Shown in pieces: positions 10,835 to 21,808 of a stretch of DNA of 64,000 nt. Position 1 is the first letter of the stretch. The number at the start of each line of letters is the position of its first letter. The DNA lies in NCBI GenBank assembly GCA_937920275.1, contig CALGVD010000092.1:13225-77224 (forward strand), in the 5' to 3' direction. The notes beneath the pieces were generated by a model. The model searched no databases. It had not been told where the DNA came from and worked only from the letters and a program-made list of their open reading frames with translations. Origin of the DNA: an uncultured Pseudomonadota bacterium. Its GTDB lineage: Bacteria; Pseudomonadota; Gammaproteobacteria; Steroidobacterales; Steroidobacteraceae. A program made the position numbers and the translations under genes.

Positions 10835-11442
10835 TGTCCACGGTGGACTTCGAGCTGCCGCTGTTCCCGCTCAGTTCGGTGCTGTTCCCGGGCGGTCCAC
10901 TGCGCTTGCGCATCTTCGAGCCCCGCTATGTCGACATGGTCAAGCGCTGCATGCGCGAGGGCAGTTGCTTCGGGGTGGTCTTGCTGCAGGGCGGCGGCGA
11001 GTCCGGTCCGATCGACGGCATCGCGGCGATCGGCACGACCGCGCGCATCGTCGACTTCAACCTCCTGCCCGATGGCCTCTTGGGGCTCACCTGTCACGGT
11101 GAGCGGCGCTTCCGCGTGCGGCGTTGTTGGCGCCAAGCGGACGGGCTCAACATGGGCGAGGCGCAATGGTTGGAGGATGCCGCCCCGAAAGTCGTCCCCG
11201 TGCCTCCCGAACATCGGCATCTCGCCGATGTCCTGCGGCGGGTGTTGCCTGAACTCGGCGAGGTCTACAACGGCATCGAGCCGCATTTCAACGATGCGGC
11301 CTGGGTCGGTGGGCGGCTGGTGGAGATCCTGCCGATCGCCCTCGGCGACAAACAGGCCTGCCTCGAGATGGACGATCCGCTCGAGCGGTTGGCCGTCGTC
11401 TCTCCGCTCATCCGGCGGCCTGAGGATCCTTCCGACGCTTGA
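10834..11442 (+). CDS. LON N-terminal (substrate-binding, PUA-like) domain protein
   Basis: Internal ATG at 10834 overlaps the ubiX stop (ATGA). LPLFPLSSVLFPGGPLRLRIFEPRY is the hallmark start of Lon N-domain-only proteins. The upstream part of track ORF 10468..11442 is out of frame with ubiX and was discarded. Confidence 0.8.
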   Translation: MSTVDFELPLFPLSSVLFPGGPLRLRIFEPRYVDMVKRCMREGSCFGVVLLQGGGESGPIDGIAAIGTTARIVDFNLLPDGLLGLTCHGERRFRVRRCWRQADGLNMGEAQWLEDAAPKVVPVPPEHRHLADVLRRVLPELGEVYNGIEPHFNDAAWVGGRLVEILPIALGDKQACLEMDDPLERLAVVSPLIRRPEDPSDA

Positions 11443-12343
11443 GGGCGTCGTCCGCGACGCCGATCCCTCGGGCGGTGCGATGCCCGTAGAAGCGAAGCAC
11501 CACCACGCCGATGACGAGCGTCCAGGCGAGCACCAGCCAGCCGACCACACCGTCGAATTCCGACAGCAGGAAGCGCCAAGGGCTCGCATCGTCCGGTCTT
11601 GACGACTCGCGCAGAACACTGATCACCCACACCCAACCGGCGTGCAAGCCGATGCAGCCGGCGACATGGCCGGTCCGCGCGCGCACGAGCCCGAGCAGCA
11701 CGCCCACCGCTGCGAGCGCCAGGAACGCATCGAGGATGCCGAGGGGGCTCGCGAACGCCGCCAGCGTGCCGGCGATGTGCCGAAGTCCGCTGTCTGGACC
11801 GAGCTCCTCGACGGGGATGCGGTGGCGCCCCACGAAATGCACCGCCGAGTAGAGCAGGGCGGTCAGTACGATGGCGAGCCGATGACCCGACTCGCGCGCG
11901 ATCGCGGTGTGCATCGCACCGCGGAAAAAAGTCTCTTCGATGAAGGCGACCGCGAGCCCCGTCATCAGGCCACCGGCCGCGAGCTTCAGGAGCAGTGCCC
12001 CATCGAGCGTGATGCCCTCGCGCAACATTCGCAGGTCGAACCCGAACATCAAAAATGCGATCGGCAGCATGGTGGCCACACCGAGCGCCAGCCCGATGGC
12101 GAGTTCGCGCAGGAACTCGATCCTCGGCAGGCCGTAGCCGAGGCTGCGACGGTCGGCCAGCGCCAACCGCCGTGCCAGCAACACGATGCCGATCAGCAGC
12201 GAGAGCTGCCCGATGCGGTTGGCGAGGCGATGGAACTTGACGTCGAGGTGCGGAGAGAGCCACTCATAGGCCGGCCACGCCAGCAGCGCCATGACCGTAA
12301 AACCGGCGACGAACAGGCCGATGAACCACAGGAAGGCGCGCAT
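11408..12343 (-). CDS. CPBP-family intramembrane glutamic endopeptidase (CAAX protease-like)
   Basis: Start taken at the ATG at 12343 (MRAFLWFIGLF), 11 nt downstream of the cpdA stop. Polytopic protein with EExxFR (IEETFFRG) and paired His motifs (YSAVHF, GLHAGW). The 3' end overlaps the convergent LON-domain gene by 35 nt. Confidence 0.8.
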   Translation of the reverse strand: MRAFLWFIGLFVAGFTVMALLAWPAYEWLSPHLDVKFHRLANRIGQLSLLIGIVLLARRLALADRRSLGYGLPRIEFLRELAIGLALGVATMLPIAFLMFGFDLRMLREGITLDGALLLKLAAGGLMTGLAVAFIEETFFRGAMHTAIARESGHRLAIVLTALLYSAVHFVGRHRIPVEELGPDSGLRHIAGTLAAFASPLGILDAFLALAAVGVLLGLVRARTGHVAGCIGLHAGWVWVISVLRESSRPDDASPWRFLLSEFDGVVGWLVLAWTLVIGVVVLRFYGHRTARGIGVADDALKRRKDPQAAG

Positions 12344-12353
12344 CGCAGAGCGC

Positions 12354-13103
12354 TCAGTCGAACCAGCGGACGCGGGTGTCCAGTCCGCCATCGGGATGCA
12401 GTTCGAACACCCGGCACCCAGGGCCGCGATCATCGATCTCGAAGCCGGCGGCCTGCGGCCGGAACTGCATGCAGGTGGAGGGCGTGGTGAACACCCGCAC
12501 GGCACCGAGGCGCTGCTCGCTCTCCTGGTGCACATGGCCGCCGAGCAAGGCGCGAACCGTCGGCAGGCCCGCGATCATCCTCTGGAGCGCTGCGCTGTTG
12601 CGCAGACCGACGCTGTCGAGTCCGGCGCTGCCTACCGGAAGCGGCTGATGGTGCAGCACGACCAATGCGTGCGGTGGGCTGTCAGGCCCGAGCGCCGCCT
12701 CGAGGCGCGCCAACTCGGTGGCGGGTAATTCGCCTGCCGCCTCTCCGGGGAGGGTGCTGTCGAGCAGGACGATCCGCCACGCGCCAAGATCGTGGTGACC
12801 GAGATGCCGGAAGGGCGGCTCGCTGAGCGCATCGCGGAGCAGTTGCGGGTCGTCGTGGTTGCCCGGGATGCAAAGCACAGGCTTTGCAAGCGAGCCCAAC
12901 TCGTGGCGCACCCAGGCGTAACCGTCGGGATCGTCGTGGACGATGTCGCCCGTCAGCAGCACCGCATCGGCCGCCTCGAGATCCGCGGCCGCGCCCCGCA
13001 ACACCTTGCGCAGCGTTTCGAGGGTGCGCACGCCGCGCATCTCCCCCAGGGGATCACCCACAAGGTGGGTGTCGGTGAGCTGCAGAAGGCGGATGACGAC
13101 CAT
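12354..13103 (-). CDS. cpdA: Class III metallophosphoesterase, 3',5'-cyclic-nucleotide phosphodiesterase CpdA-like
   Basis: 249 aa with the calcineurin-like motif series DTH, GDIVHDD, GNHD, HH, GHVH. Confidence 0.75.
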   Translation of the reverse strand: MVVIRLLQLTDTHLVGDPLGEMRGVRTLETLRKVLRGAAADLEAADAVLLTGDIVHDDPDGYAWVRHELGSLAKPVLCIPGNHDDPQLLRDALSEPPFRHLGHHDLGAWRIVLLDSTLPGEAAGELPATELARLEAALGPDSPPHALVVLHHQPLPVGSAGLDSVGLRNSAALQRMIAGLPTVRALLGGHVHQESEQRLGAVRVFTTPSTCMQFRPQAAGFEIDDRGPGCRVFELHPDGGLDTRVRWFD

Positions 13104-13136
13104 GGCGCCTATGCTAGCGCCACGGCCGTCCCCAAG

Positions 13137-14543
<1,407 letters not shown>

Positions 14544-14572
14544 GGTCGGCTCCGTTATCTTCGGAAGATGAA

Positions 14573-14642
14573 CGGGCGCCGTTGTGCATCCTGCCGTGCC
14601 GCGAGCCTCGCATCCGATCGATGCTGCAGCGCCCCTCGCGTC
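14573..14642 (-). promoter_or_regulatory. SAH riboswitch (S-adenosylhomocysteine-sensing, Rfam SAH_riboswitch class) in the ahcY leader
   Basis: Minus-strand RNA: GACGCGAGGGGCGCUGCAGCAUCGAUCGGAUGCGAGGCUCGCGGCACGGCAGGAUGCACAACGGCGCCCG. It matches my remembered consensus ..CGAGGAGCGCUGC..hairpin..AGGCUCG..AACGGCGCUC. P1 is GCGAG/CUCGC, the P2 hairpin is GCAUC/GAUGC, and the pseudoknot is GGGCGC/GCGCCC. It is in the canonical position, about 30 nt before the ahcY SD. Confidence 0.75.
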
Positions 14643-14646
14643 ACGC

Positions 14647-14676
14647 GGCCCGGTCGCCTTTGCGGGCGATCGGGCC
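14647..14676 (-). terminator. GC-rich hairpin after metK (possible terminator, or part of the ahcY leader)
   Basis: Minus strand GGCCCGAUCGCC-CGCAAA-GGCGACCGGGCC: a 12-bp stem with one mismatch and no U-tract. It lies between the metK stop and the riboswitch. Confidence 0.3.
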
Positions 14677-14713
14677 ATCTACGGTGGTGGATTGTAGTCG
14701 AAACCCGGCTCGC

Positions 14714-15886
14714 TCAGCGCCGGGACTTCGCACCGGCGTCGGCGGCGAGCGCTGCGGCCTTGTCGGTGCGCTCCCAGGTGAAATCCGGGTGCTTGCGGCC
14801 GAAGTGGCCGTAGGCCGCGGTCTTGAGGTAGATCGGACGGGCGAGGTCGAGCATCTCGCGCAGTCCGTAGGGGGTCAGATCGAAATGCCGGCGCACCAAC
14901 GCCGTGAGTTTGTCGCGCGACAGCGTCCCGGTGCCGAAGGTCTCGACCATGATCGAGGTCGGTTCGGCGACGCCGATGGCGTAGGAGACCTGCACCTCGC
15001 AGCGTTCAGCGAGGCCCGCAGCGACGATGTTCTTGGCGACATAGCGCGCGGCATAAGCGGCCGAGCGATCGACCTTCGAGGGGTCCTTGCCCGAGAACGC
15101 GCCGCCGCCGTGGCGGGCGAAACCGCCGTAGGTGTCGACGATGATCTTGCGGCCGGTGAGGCCGCAGTCGCCCACCGGACCGCCGATGACGAAGCGGCCG
15201 GTCGGGTTGATATGGAACTTGGTGCCCTTGTGCAGCCACTTTTTGGGCAGCACGGGCAGCAGGATCTCCTCCATCACGGCCTCGCGCAGCGCCTTGGTGG
15301 AGATGTCGTTCGAGTGCTGGGTGGAGAGCACGACGGCATCGATCGCGACCGGTCGGTCGTTCTCGTAGCGCAGCGTGACCTGGCTCTTGGCATCGGGGCG
15401 CAGCCAAGCGAGCTTGCCGGACTTGCGCACCTTGGCCTGACGCTCGACGAGACGATGCGAGAGGGTGATGGCGGCGGGCATCAGCACATCGGTCTCGCGG
15501 GTGGCGAAGCCGAACATCAGGCCCTGATCGCCGGCGCCCTGCTTGCGCGGGTCCTTGCGATCGACACCCTGTGCGATGTCATCGGACTGCTTGCCGATGA
15601 TGTTGAGCACGCCGCAGGAGGCGCCATCGAAGCCCATCTCGGAGGAGTTGTAGCCGATGTCGAGCACGGTCTTGCGCACCACGGCTTCGATATCGACCCA
15701 CACATTGGTCGTGACTTCGCCGGCGACGATGACGACACCGGTCTTGACCAGGGTCTCACAGGCCACGCGGGCGCTTTTGTCCTCGGCGAGGATGGCGTCG
15801 AGGATGGCATCTGAGATCTGGTCGGCGACCTTGTCCGGGTGGCCTTCGGAGACGGACTCGGAGGTGAAGAGGAAATCGTTCGCCAT
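14714..15886 (-). CDS. metK: S-adenosylmethionine synthase
   Basis: Start at the ATG at 15886 ([30 protein letters not shown]). Conserved blocks [12 protein letters not shown] and [19 protein letters not shown]. The 126-codon N-terminal extension in track ORF 14714..16264 is spurious. Confidence 0.97.
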   Translation of the reverse strand: MANDFLFTSESVSEGHPDKVADQISDAILDAILAEDKSARVACETLVKTGVVIVAGEVTTNVWVDIEAVVRKTVLDIGYNSSEMGFDGASCGVLNIIGKQSDDIAQGVDRKDPRKQGAGDQGLMFGFATRETDVLMPAAITLSHRLVERQAKVRKSGKLAWLRPDAKSQVTLRYENDRPVAIDAVVLSTQHSNDISTKALREAVMEEILLPVLPKKWLHKGTKFHINPTGRFVIGGPVGDCGLTGRKIIVDTYGGFARHGGGAFSGKDPSKVDRSAAYAARYVAKNIVAAGLAERCEVQVSYAIGVAEPTSIMVETFGTGTLSRDKLTALVRRHFDLTPYGLREMLDLARPIYLKTAAYGHFGRKHPDFTWERTDKAAALAADAGAKSRR

Positions 15887-15926
15887 GGCAGTGTCTCGCT
15901 CTCGTGAGGGGTATACGAAGCCCCCT

Positions 15927-15932
15927 ATTATA
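15927..15932 (-). promoter_or_regulatory. Candidate -10 box for metK
   Basis: A perfect TATAAT on the minus strand about 40 nt upstream of the metK ATG, which is rare sequence in this GC-rich DNA. No good -35 is visible. It is followed by a 5-bp hairpin AGGGG..CCCCU. Confidence 0.3.
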
Positions 15933-15975
15933 ACGATGTCCGGCGCGCAGCCGCCGCCTTGGGCCGTCATTTTCG

Positions 15976-16005
15976 TTGGATATTGGCGCCGCTGTGGGCG
16001 AGAAT
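15976..16005 (+). promoter_or_regulatory. Candidate sigma70-type promoter for the tkt operon
   Basis: TTGGAT (15976-15981), an 18-nt spacer, then GAGAAT (16000-16005), about 30 nt upstream of the tkt ATG. Pattern match only. Confidence 0.25.
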
Positions 16006-16036
16006 TACCTTTTCCTGCAAGCCTTCGGATGTCCTC

Positions 16037-18055
16037 ATGAGCCAACGCCGCCGTCTCGCAAATGCCATCCGGGCGCTCTCCATGGACGCGGTGCAGCAGG
16101 CGGCCTCCGGGCATCCGGGCGCCCCGATGGGGATGGCGGACATCGCTGAGGTCCTCTGGCGCGAGGTCATGGATTTCAACCCGACCCATCCACGCTGGGC
16201 CGATCGTGACCGCTTCGTGCTCTCGAACGGCCACGCGTCGATGTTGCTCTACTCGGTAAATCATCTCTGCGGCTATCCGCTCTCGATCGACGATCTGCGT
16301 GCGTTCCGCCAGATCGGTTCACGCACCCCGGGCCACCCCGAGAACGATCTCGACATCGGCATCGAGACCACCACCGGTCCGCTCGGTCAAGGCCTCGCCA
16401 CCGCGGTCGGCATGGCGCTCGCCGAGCGGCTGTTGGCGGCGGAGTTCAACCGCCCGGGCCACGACATCGTCGACCACCATACCTATGTCTTCGTCGGCGA
16501 CGGCTGCCTGATGGAAGGCATCTCGCACGAAGCCGTTTCGCTCGCCGGCACGCTCGGGCTCGGAAAACTCATCTGCGTCTACGACGACAATGGCATCTCC
16601 ATCGACGGTGCGGTCAGCGGCTGGATGGCCGATGACACCCCGAAGCGATTCGCCGCCTGCGGTTGGCAGGTCATCAAAGATGTGGACGGTCATGACGGCG
16701 ACGCGGTGCTCAAGGCGCTACGGCGCGCCAAGGCCAACCGCGGCCAGCCGACGCTCATCTGCGCCCGCACGGTGATCGGTTTCGGCGCCCCGAACAAGCA
16801 GGGCAGCAAGTCGACGCATGGCGAGCCGCTCGGCATCGAAGAGGTCGCAGCCGCGCGCGCGGCACTCGGTTGGACGCACGCGCCGTTCGTGGTGCCGGAG
16901 GACATCCGCGCCGATTGGGACCAGCGCTCCCGCGGTGAGCGCGCCGAGCGCGCCTGGAAGCGCCGCTTCAACCGCTACCGCCGCGAGTTCCCCGATCTCG
17001 CCGCGGAGTTCACCCGCCGCATGGCGGCTGCGCTTCCCACTGATTGGCCGCAGCTGCGCGACGCCGCCTTGGCCGCCGCCGCGGCCGTCGATGCCCCTCA
17101 GGCGACCCGTGCCTCGTCGCAGGTGGTGCTCAACGCGCTCGGGTCGGGGATGGGCGAACTGTTGGGCGGTTCGGCGGACCTCACCGGCTCGGTCAACACC
17201 TTCCGCAAGGATTCCAAGCCCGTGATGGGCCATGAGGGCGGCGGCAACTACGTCTACTACGGAGTGCGCGAGTTCGCGATGACGGCCATGATGAACGGCC
17301 TCGCGTTGCACGGCGGATTCGCGCCCTATGCCGGCACCTTCCTCGTGTTCTCCGACTACGCGCGCAACGCGGTGCGGCTCGCCGCGCTCATGCATCAGCG
17401 CATCCTGCTCGTCTATACGCACGACTCGATCGGCCTCGGCGAAGACGGACCCACGCACCAGCCGATCGAACATCTCGCCTCGCTGCGTGCGATGCCGAAC
17501 CTCAGCCTCTGGCGTCCCTGCGACGCCGCCGAGACCGCGGTCGCGTGGTGCGCGGCGATCGAGCGCCGCAACGGTCCGACCAGCCTCGTCTTCACGCGCC
17601 AAGCCCTGCCGCAGCAGCCGCGCGATGCTGCGCAACGCGCCGCGATCGCGAACGGGGGCTATATCCTGCTCGATGCCCCCGAGGTCGCCGCGGGTCGCGC
17701 GCAGCCGGAGGCCATCGTGATCGCGACCGGTTCCGAGGTCGCTCCCTGCGCCGAGGCGGTCCGGGCACTCAACGCCGCCGGCCGCCGGTTGCGCCTCGTC
17801 TCGATGCCCTCGTCGGATGTGTTCGACGCCCAGGACGAGGCTTGGCGCGAGGCCGTGCTGCCGAAGGCCGTGCGCCGCCGCCTGGCCGTCGAGGCGGCCG
17901 CGTCACAGAGCTGGTGGAAGTATGTCGGTGGCGGCGGTTGCGTCATCGGCATCGACCGCTTCGGCGCCTCCGGAAAGGCCGCCGATCTTTTCAAAGAATA
18001 CGGCATCACGACCGCGCACATCACGCGTGCGCTCGAGAGCCTGCTCGAGAGCTGA
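16037..18055 (+). CDS. tkt: Transketolase
   Basis: Start at the ATG at 16037 ([41 protein letters not shown]). 672 aa with ThDP motif [13 protein letters not shown]. Confidence 0.96.
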   Translation: MSQRRRLANAIRALSMDAVQQAASGHPGAPMGMADIAEVLWREVMDFNPTHPRWADRDRFVLSNGHASMLLYSVNHLCGYPLSIDDLRAFRQIGSRTPGHPENDLDIGIETTTGPLGQGLATAVGMALAERLLAAEFNRPGHDIVDHHTYVFVGDGCLMEGISHEAVSLAGTLGLGKLICVYDDNGISIDGAVSGWMADDTPKRFAACGWQVIKDVDGHDGDAVLKALRRAKANRGQPTLICARTVIGFGAPNKQGSKSTHGEPLGIEEVAAARAALGWTHAPFVVPEDIRADWDQRSRGERAERAWKRRFNRYRREFPDLAAEFTRRMAAALPTDWPQLRDAALAAAAAVDAPQATRASSQVVLNALGSGMGELLGGSADLTGSVNTFRKDSKPVMGHEGGGNYVYYGVREFAMTAMMNGLALHGGFAPYAGTFLVFSDYARNAVRLAALMHQRILLVYTHDSIGLGEDGPTHQPIEHLASLRAMPNLSLWRPCDAAETAVAWCAAIERRNGPTSLVFTRQALPQQPRDAAQRAAIANGGYILLDAPEVAAGRAQPEAIVIATGSEVAPCAEAVRALNAAGRRLRLVSMPSSDVFDAQDEAWREAVLPKAVRRRLAVEAAASQSWWKYVGGGGCVIGIDRFGASGKAADLFKEYGITTAHITRALESLLES

Positions 18056-18085
18056 CAACGGAAAGACAACGGAAAGGGGATACGC

Positions 18086-19102
18086 ATGACGATCAAGGTG
18101 GGCATCAACGGCTACGGCCGCATCGGGCGCAATGTGCTGCGCGCACTCTACGAAGCGGGTCGCACGGGCGAGATCCAGATCGTGGCGATCAACGACCTCG
18201 GCGACGCGGCGACCAACGCCCACCTGACCCGCTACGACACGGCGCACGGCAAGTTCCCCGGCACGGTCGCGGTCGATGGCGATTCGATGGTGGTCAACGG
18301 CGACCGCATCAAGGTGCTGGCGCAGCGCGACCCCGCGAAACTGCCCTGGGGTGAACTCGGGGTCGACACCGTACTCGAGTGCACGGGCCTCTTCACCAGC
18401 AAGGCCAAGGCGGGTGCGCACCTCGCGGGCGGCGCGAAGAAGGTCGTGATCTCCGCACCGGGCGGCGACGATGTCGACGCCACGGTGGTCTACGGCGTCA
18501 ACCACGATGTGCTGCGCGCCTCACACACCGTGATCTCGAATGCTTCCTGCACCACCAACTGCCTCGCGCCGGTCGCCAAGGTGCTGCACGAGCATATCGG
18601 CATCGTGGGCGGTCTCATGACCACCATCCACGCCTACACCAACGACCAAGTGCTCACCGATGTCTACCACTCGGACCTGCGCCGCGCGCGCTCAGCCACG
18701 ATGTCGATGATCCCGACCAAGACCGGTGCGGCCGCGGCTGTCGGTCTCGTGCTGCCTGCGCTCAAGGGCAAGTTCGACGGCTTCGCGGTGCGCGTGCCGA
18801 CCATCAATGTGTCGCTGGTCGATCTCACCTTCACCGCAGCGCGCGCGACCACGGTCGCGGAGATCGATGCCCTGATGAAGGCCGCAGCGGCCTCGGGTCC
18901 GCTCGCCGGCGTGCTCGCCTTCACCGAAGCGCCGCTCGTCTCGATCGACTACAACCACGACGCGCATTCCTCCACCTATGACGCCACCATGACCAAGGTC
19001 ACGGGCGGCACGCTGGTGAAGGTCTGTGCTTGGTACGACAACGAGTGGGGCTTCTCGAACCGCATGCTCGACACGACGCTAGCCTGGTCCAAGGCTCCCT
19101 GA
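18086..19102 (+). CDS. gap: Type I glyceraldehyde-3-phosphate dehydrogenase
   Basis: 338 aa. INGYGRIGR Rossmann start and active site [12 protein letters not shown]. Confidence 0.96.
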   Translation: MTIKVGINGYGRIGRNVLRALYEAGRTGEIQIVAINDLGDAATNAHLTRYDTAHGKFPGTVAVDGDSMVVNGDRIKVLAQRDPAKLPWGELGVDTVLECTGLFTSKAKAGAHLAGGAKKVVISAPGGDDVDATVVYGVNHDVLRASHTVISNASCTTNCLAPVAKVLHEHIGIVGGLMTTIHAYTNDQVLTDVYHSDLRRARSATMSMIPTKTGAAAAVGLVLPALKGKFDGFAVRVPTINVSLVDLTFTAARATTVAEIDALMKAAAASGPLAGVLAFTEAPLVSIDYNHDAHSSTYDATMTKVTGGTLVKVCAWYDNEWGFSNRMLDTTLAWSKAP

Positions 19103-19112
19103 GGCGGCGTCG

Positions 19113-20297
19113 ATGACCGTGCTGCGCATGACCGACCTCGACCTGCGTGACAAGCGGGTCCTCATCCGCGAGGACCTCAACGTCCCGGTCGAAGACGGCG
19201 TCATCTCGAGCGATGCGCGCATCCGCGCGGCGCTGCCATCGCTGCGCGCGGCCGTGGGCGCGGGCGCCCGGGTCATCGTGATGTCGCATCTGGGTCGTCC
19301 CAAAGAAGGCGAGTTCTCGGCCGAGGACTCGCTCGCGCCGGTGGCGGCGCGGCTCGGGGAACTGCTCGGGCAGCCGGTGCGTCTGCAGCGCGACTGGCTC
19401 GACGGCGTTGAGTGCGCGCCGGGCGAGGTCGTGCTCTGCGAGAACGTGCGCTTCAACAAGGGCGAGAAGAAGGACGACGAGACGCTCGCGCGCCGCATGG
19501 CCGCGCTTTGCGATATCTTCGTGATGGATGCTTTCGGCACCGCTCATCGTGCTGAGGCGAGCACCCACGGGGTGGCGCGGTTCGCGCCCATCGCCTGCGC
19601 GGGCCCGCTGTTGGTGGCTGAACTCGGCGCGCTGTCGCTTGCGCTCGCCCAGCCCGCGCGGCCCCTGGTCGCGATCGTCGCGGGCTCCAAGGTCTCGACC
19701 AAGCTCACCGTGCTCGAGTCCCTGCTCGGCAAGGTCGACAAGTTGATCGTCGGCGGCGGCATCGCCAACACTTTCCTCGCCGCCGACGGCATCGCGATCG
19801 GCAAGTCGCTGTACGAGCCCGACATGCTCGACACCGCGCGTGCGCTGCTCGCGCAGGCGGTCGCGCGCGGCGCTGAGATCCCGCTACCCACGGATGTGGT
19901 GGTCGCGGAGGCGTTCTCGCCGACCGCGGTCGCGACGGTACGGCCGGTGGGCGAGGTCCGTCCGGACGAACTGATCCTCGACATCGGTCCGCAGACCGCG
20001 GCACGGTTCGCCGGATTGCTCGCGGGCGCGGGCACCATCCTCTGGAACGGACCGGTCGGCGTGTTCGAGTTCGACCCGTTCGGGGGCGGCACCGAGACGC
20101 TCGCAAAGGCGATCGCCGCGAGCCCCGCGTTCTCGCTTGCGGGCGGCGGCGATACGCTTGCAGCCATCGAAAAATATGGCGTGGCGAGCGGGATCTCCTA
20201 CATCTCCACCGGTGGCGGTGCTTTCCTCGAATTCGTCGAGGGCAAGACCTTGCCGGCGGTGGCGATGCTGGAGTCGCGTGCCGCGGCGGCCCGCTGA
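19113..20297 (+). CDS. pgk: Phosphoglycerate kinase
   Basis: 394 aa. [11 protein letters not shown], the C-terminal block [10 protein letters not shown], and overall PGK length. Confidence 0.97.
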   Translation: MTVLRMTDLDLRDKRVLIREDLNVPVEDGVISSDARIRAALPSLRAAVGAGARVIVMSHLGRPKEGEFSAEDSLAPVAARLGELLGQPVRLQRDWLDGVECAPGEVVLCENVRFNKGEKKDDETLARRMAALCDIFVMDAFGTAHRAEASTHGVARFAPIACAGPLLVAELGALSLALAQPARPLVAIVAGSKVSTKLTVLESLLGKVDKLIVGGGIANTFLAADGIAIGKSLYEPDMLDTARALLAQAVARGAEIPLPTDVVVAEAFSPTAVATVRPVGEVRPDELILDIGPQTAARFAGLLAGAGTILWNGPVGVFEFDPFGGGTETLAKAIAASPAFSLAGGGDTLAAIEKYGVASGISYISTGGGAFLEFVEGKTLPAVAMLESRAAAAR

Positions 20298-20333
20298 AAA
20301 GTGGGCCTGAAAAGTGGGCGTGAAAAGCGGGGG
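20295..20333 (+). repeat. Three tandem 13-bp direct repeats, TGAAAAGYGGGSS
   Basis: TGAAAAGTGGGCC / TGAAAAGTGGGCG / TGAAAAGCGGGGG. The first TGA is the pgk stop codon. Because the unit is 13 bp, the three TGAs fall in all three frames. Confidence 0.9.
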
Positions 20334-20371
20334 AAGTTGAGCGCCGCGGCCTCCGGCCCCACAATGGGCCC

Positions 20372-21808
20372 ATGCAACGCCGTACCAAGATCGTAGCGAC
20401 CCTCGGGCCTGCTACCGACGATGATGATGTCCTTTCCGAGATGTGCCGGGCCGGTCTCGATGTCGCCCGCATCAACCTCTCCCACGGCTCCCAAGCCGAC
20501 CACCTGCGCCGCTTGGGCAAGCTGCGCGAGGCCGCGGCGCGCGCGGGTCGCTGCGTCGGCGCGCTGTTCGATCTCGCCGGTCCCAAGATCCGCATCGAGA
20601 GTTTCGGTGAAGGTCGGGTACAGCTCATCGAGGGTGCCGAGTTCACGCTCGACACCGCACTCGACCCGGGCGCAGGCACGGTCGATTCGGTGGGCGTGGC
20701 CTACAAGGAACTGACCGCCGATGTCGTCGCCGGCGATACTTTGCTGCTCAACGATGGGCTGCTCGTGCTCGAGGTGCTCGAGCTGCGGGGCAGCCGTATC
20801 CGCACCCGCGTCGCCGTCGGCGGCGAACTCTCGAACCGTAAAGGTGTGAACCGAAAGGGCGGTGGCATCTCCGCGCCGGCGCTCACCGACAAGGACCGCG
20901 AGGACATCCGCTTCGTCGCGGCGCAGGGCGCCGACTATGTGGCACTGTCGTTCGTCCGCGATGCAGAGGACATCCACCTGGCGCGACGGCTGCTGCGCGA
21001 AGCCGGTGGCGGCGATGTGCGCATCGTCGCCAAGATAGAACGGCACGAGGCGGTCGCGCAGCTCACCGGCATCATCGATGCCGCGGACGCGCTGATGGTG
21101 GCGCGCGGCGATCTCGGTGTCGAGATGGGCTACGCCGCGCTGACCGGCCTGCAGAAGAACATCATCCGACAGGCGCGGCATCGCAACCGGGTCGTCATCA
21201 CGGCGACCCAGATGATGGAGTCCATGATCCAAAGCCCCGTCCCGACCCGCGCCGAGGTCAGCGATGTCGCCAACGCGGTGATGGACGGGACGGACGCGGT
21301 GATGCTGTCGGCGGAGACCGCTGCCGGCAAGCATCCGGTGAAGGCGGTGGCCGCGATGGCGGATGTCATCGTGGGTGCGGAGTCCTATCAGATCACACAG
21401 CATCGGCCGCGTGAGCGTGCCGGGGTCATCTTCACGCAGACCGAGGAAGCCATCGCCAACGCGGTCATGTACACCGCCAACCACATGAGCGTGCGCGCCA
21501 TCGTCGCGCTCACCGAGAGCGGGGCGACGCCGCTGTGGATGTCACGGCTGCGCTCGGACATCCCCATCTACGCCTTCACGCGCCACGATCGTACGCGTCG
21601 GCGCGTGACGCTCTATCGCGGCGTGCAGCCGGTCACCTTCGATGTGACACCCGGTGACCCTGTCGCGCTGCACGATCGGGTGTTCGCCATGCTCCTCGAT
21701 CAGAACCTCGTCGATGAGGGGGATCTCGTGATCCTCACCAAAGGCGAGTTGACCGGTGTCCAGGGCGGAACCAATTCGATGCAGATCGTGCAGGTGACAC
21801 GGCCATGA
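20372..21808 (+). CDS. pyk: Pyruvate kinase
   Basis: 478 aa. MQRRTKIVATLGPAT start, MVARGDLGVE, and the usual C-terminal regulatory domain. Confidence 0.95.
   Translation: MQRRTKIVATLGPATDDDDVLSEMCRAGLDVARINLSHGSQADHLRRLGKLREAAARAGRCVGALFDLAGPKIRIESFGEGRVQLIEGAEFTLDTALDPGAGTVDSVGVAYKELTADVVAGDTLLLNDGLLVLEVLELRGSRIRTRVAVGGELSNRKGVNRKGGGISAPALTDKDREDIRFVAAQGADYVALSFVRDAEDIHLARRLLREAGGGDVRIVAKIERHEAVAQLTGIIDAADALMVARGDLGVEMGYAALTGLQKNIIRQARHRNRVVITATQMMESMIQSPVPTRAEVSDVANAVMDGTDAVMLSAETAAGKHPVKAVAAMADVIVGAESYQITQHRPRERAGVIFTQTEEAIANAVMYTANHMSVRAIVALTESGATPLWMSRLRSDIPIYAFTRHDRTRRRVTLYRGVQPVTFDVTPGDPVALHDRVFAMLLDQNLVDEGDLVILTKGELTGVQGGTNSMQIVQVTRP

Noticed and set aside
11408-11442. 35-nt convergent overlap between the LON-domain gene and the CPBP protease gene
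   Set aside because: It probably just reflects C-terminal tails running to the first stop codon in GC-rich DNA. No structure or repeat is associated with it, so it is not informative without transcript data.
14691-14696. TACAAT hexamer (minus strand) as the ahcY promoter -10 box
   Set aside because: No acceptable -35 lies at 16-18 nt spacing. The hexamer is 15 nt after the metK stop, so read-through from metK is equally possible. I left it unannotated.
15887-15960. SAM riboswitch upstream of metK
   Set aside because: The leader between the candidate -10 box and the ATG is only about 40 nt and holds a single 5-bp hairpin. That is too short for any SAM riboswitch class I know.
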